From the NCBI GenBank assembly GCA_017941345.1, contig JAGAWQ010000007.1, forward strand, positions 39,108-103,107: DNA of 64,000 nucleotides, written 5' to 3'. The notes under the pieces are model-generated. The model was given only the letters and a program-made list of their open reading frames with translations, was not told where the DNA came from and searched no databases. Position numbers and translations under genes: made by a program. This stretch comes from Prevotella sp. Its GTDB lineage: Bacteria; Bacteroidota; Bacteroidia; Bacteroidales; Bacteroidaceae. Shown piece by piece: positions 61,879 through 64,000 of this stretch. Within the stretch, counting starts at the first letter, position 1, and each line of letters starts with the position of its first letter.

Positions 61879-62642
61879 CGCTCCCAGTCTTTCATTTGAT
61901 CGATCATCTGATAGGCCGTCACATCCATCTGAGTGGGCGTGATGGCAATATAACCGTGACGCAGGGCCCAGTTGTCAGTATCTTCAGCCTCGGGCTCATC
62001 ATTGTAATAGGTGCCTACCATCCACCAATAGTCGAAGCCGCGGGGATGATGACAGCGGGTCACCTCATTGCCCCAGGTACCCATAGCCATGCGGCATACC
62101 TTCACACCCTGGAAGGTCTCTACCAACGGGAAGTTGATGTTCAGACAGACGCCCTTGGGCAGTCCGTCATGCAGTACGCGCTGCACCATCTCACGGATAT
62201 AAGGGCGCAGGGGTTCGAAGTCGGCATCGTCACGATGGTCGCACAGCGAGAAAGCCACCGAGGGGATATACTTCATACAACCTTCCATCGTGACGCCCAT
62301 CGTACCGCTATAGTGTGTATTCACTGAGGCATTATCGCCGTGATTGATGCCACCGATGACCAAGTCGGGCTTGCGGGGACAGAGCTCGGCCAGCGCCATC
62401 TTCACGCTATCGACGGGAGTACCATTGCACGACCACACCTCCACCCCATCCTCCTTGTGGCGAAGGGTTAGCGTCAAGGGTATGGTGGCTGAGAAGGCAC
62501 AGGCGTAACCGCTGCGCCCGCCATCAGGAGCACACACCAGCACATCGCCCAGGTCGCGCACCATGTCGATGAGACATCGGATGCCCTTGGCCTGGTAGCC
62601 GTCATCGTTGGAAATCAGAATCAGAGGTCTCTTTTCCTTCAT
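61875..62642 (-). CDS. surE: 5'/3'-nucleotidase SurE
   Basis: ISNDDG, GTPVD.V, GINHG.N, YSGT. Confidence 0.95.
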   Translation of the reverse strand: MKEKRPLILISNDDGYQAKGIRCLIDMVRDLGDVLVCAPDGGRSGYACAFSATIPLTLTLRHKEDGVEVWSCNGTPVDSVKMALAELCPRKPDLVIGGINHGDNASVNTHYSGTMGVTMEGCMKYIPSVAFSLCDHRDDADFEPLRPYIREMVQRVLHDGLPKGVCLNINFPLVETFQGVKVCRMAMGTWGNEVTRCHHPRGFDYWWMVGTYYNDEPEAEDTDNWALRHGYIAITPTQMDVTAYQMIDQMKDWER

Positions 62643-62648
62643 GTCAGT

Positions 62649-63521
62649 TTACAGTTCTGCGTCAGAGCACTCGAAGGTGTTACCCTGCGAAACATCGCCA
62701 GTCTCCAGTCCGCGCTTGAACCACTTCATGCGCTGCTTCGAGGTGCCGTGATTGAACGATTCAGGAACAGCATAGCCGCGCGACTTCTTCTGCAGATAGT
62801 CGTCGCCAATAACCTGTGCACACTGGATAGCTTCCTCGATATCACCATCCTCCAGCGATCCGAAGCGCTCGTTGTCATGGTGAGCCCAGACACCCGCGTA
62901 GAAGTCGGCCAACAGTTCCAGGCGTACCGACATCTTATTGGCATCGGCCTGACTCATCTTTGCCATCTTGGCGTGAGCATCCTGCAGGATACCTGTCAGG
63001 TATTCCACATGGTGACCCACCTCGTGGGCAATGACGTAAGCATAGGCAAAGTCGCCCTCAGCACCCAGCTGTTGCTTCATCGTGGTGAAGAACGACAGGT
63101 CGATATACAGCTTCTGGTCGCCAGAACAATAGAACGGTCCCATGGCGGCAGAGCCCTGTCCGCAGGCTGTCTGTGTACCGTCAGTATAGAGCACCATCGT
63201 TGGTACTTGGTATTTCATGTCATTCTCTTCGAAGATGTCCTCCCAGACATCCTCGGTACCTGCCAGGATTTGGGTGGCAAAGGTGGCCAGTTCCTGTTCT
63301 TCCTCTGTAAACTCTCGTTGGTCGGCACTGACCTCCGTATTCTCACCGAACGACTGCTGTGCGGCCTGTATGCCAGCCTCCAGCGGATTGCCACCTGTAA
63401 AGTAGGCAATAGCCATTGCAATGATTACACCACCGATACCTGCCATTCCGGCCTTCTTACCACCGCTCATTCCACGACGGTCTTCCACATTCGAGCTTTC
63501 GCGTCTTCCATCTAAATTCAT
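62649..63521 (-). CDS. YpfJ-like neutral zinc metallopeptidase
   Basis: RESSNVEDRRG, GPFYC..D, AHEVGHH, ELLAD, HGTS.QR..WF. Confidence 0.9.
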   Translation of the reverse strand: MNLDGRRESSNVEDRRGMSGGKKAGMAGIGGVIIAMAIAYFTGGNPLEAGIQAAQQSFGENTEVSADQREFTEEEQELATFATQILAGTEDVWEDIFEENDMKYQVPTMVLYTDGTQTACGQGSAAMGPFYCSGDQKLYIDLSFFTTMKQQLGAEGDFAYAYVIAHEVGHHVEYLTGILQDAHAKMAKMSQADANKMSVRLELLADFYAGVWAHHDNERFGSLEDGDIEEAIQCAQVIGDDYLQKKSRGYAVPESFNHGTSKQRMKWFKRGLETGDVSQGNTFECSDAEL

Positions 63522-63545
63522 AGTTTCTTTGTTTTATTTTGGTTA

Positions 63546-64000
63546 TCATTTTGTCTGCGAAGGTACTACTTTTTTCCCAAATATGATAGAATAGACGTAG
63601 TTTTTCTCCAAATTCACCATCGTTTCTATCTGTTGTCGTCCTGACAGCACCGTTTTCAGGTCGTTGGTGATTCCCGTCCCTGCAAGTTTCAGTACGGCTT
63701 CCTTCATGGTCCACAGTCGGATAAATTCCACCTCAGGGCGCTCAGCCGCATGGATACGGGTTATCTCTGCATCGCTCATGGTGTAGTTGACCAGCGACTC
63801 CTTGAACGGACGGATGCTTTCCACATCGACACCCACGGGACGATCGCTAACCACACAGAGAGCCGCCTCGCGACAGTGGCTCAGGTTGAAGTGGATGTCG
63901 GCATGGCCCACGATGCTGGGCTTGCCGTGCTCGCCATACTCGAAGACAGGAGGCTCTTCTATGCCATATTCCTTGCGCAGGCCTTCACAGAGCAGCAGAT
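63546..64000 (-). CDS. 4'-phosphopantetheinyl transferase (Sfp-like), 5' end outside the window
   Basis: HGKP, FNLSHC, VGVDVE, WT.KEA.LK..G.G. Confidence 0.88.
   Translation of the reverse strand, partial: LLLCEGLRKEYGIEEPPVFEYGEHGKPSIVGHADIHFNLSHCREAALCVVSDRPVGVDVESIRPFKESLVNYTMSDAEITRIHAAERPEVEFIRLWTMKEAVLKLAGTGITNDLKTVLSGRQQIETMVNLEKNYVYSIIFGKKVVPSQTK

Overview
Prevotella-like (Bacteroidales) chromosomal window with three blocks. (1) About 0.5-27.9 kb is an AT-rich accessory island transcribed entirely on the + strand. It opens with a ~400-nt, extensively base-paired non-coding leader. The leader is followed by a tightly coupled operon: VWA-like lipoprotein, membrane protein, divergent tubulin/FtsZ-like GTPase, 1177-aa actin/Hsp70-fold ATPase, two paralogous membrane proteins, a ZorA/ZorB-like (MotA/MotB-type) ion-motor pair, a trypsin-like protease and a non-specific endonuclease. 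This is the best candidate for an undescribed envelope-sensing or defence system. Further on are a PrsW/ECF-sigma/anti-sigma module, a CX5R phosphatase, a NADAR-like protein, a RelA/SpoT homologue with a degenerate synthetase, and an AAA-YbjN-YbjN-Sel1-VWA module. (2) About 28-46.9 kb holds rhamnogalacturonan-II-type glycoside hydrolases (GH140, GH78-GH33, GH138, GH137-GH2, GH2). They are interrupted by internally deleted pseudogenes and several families of short repeats and palindromes. (3) About 47-64 kb is housekeeping (glycosyltransferases, ispF, porV, porU, purN, mutY, lpxB, surE and others), with a promoter- and terminator-bounded ~310-nt candidate sRNA. All family calls come from motif recognition by eye; no searches were run.
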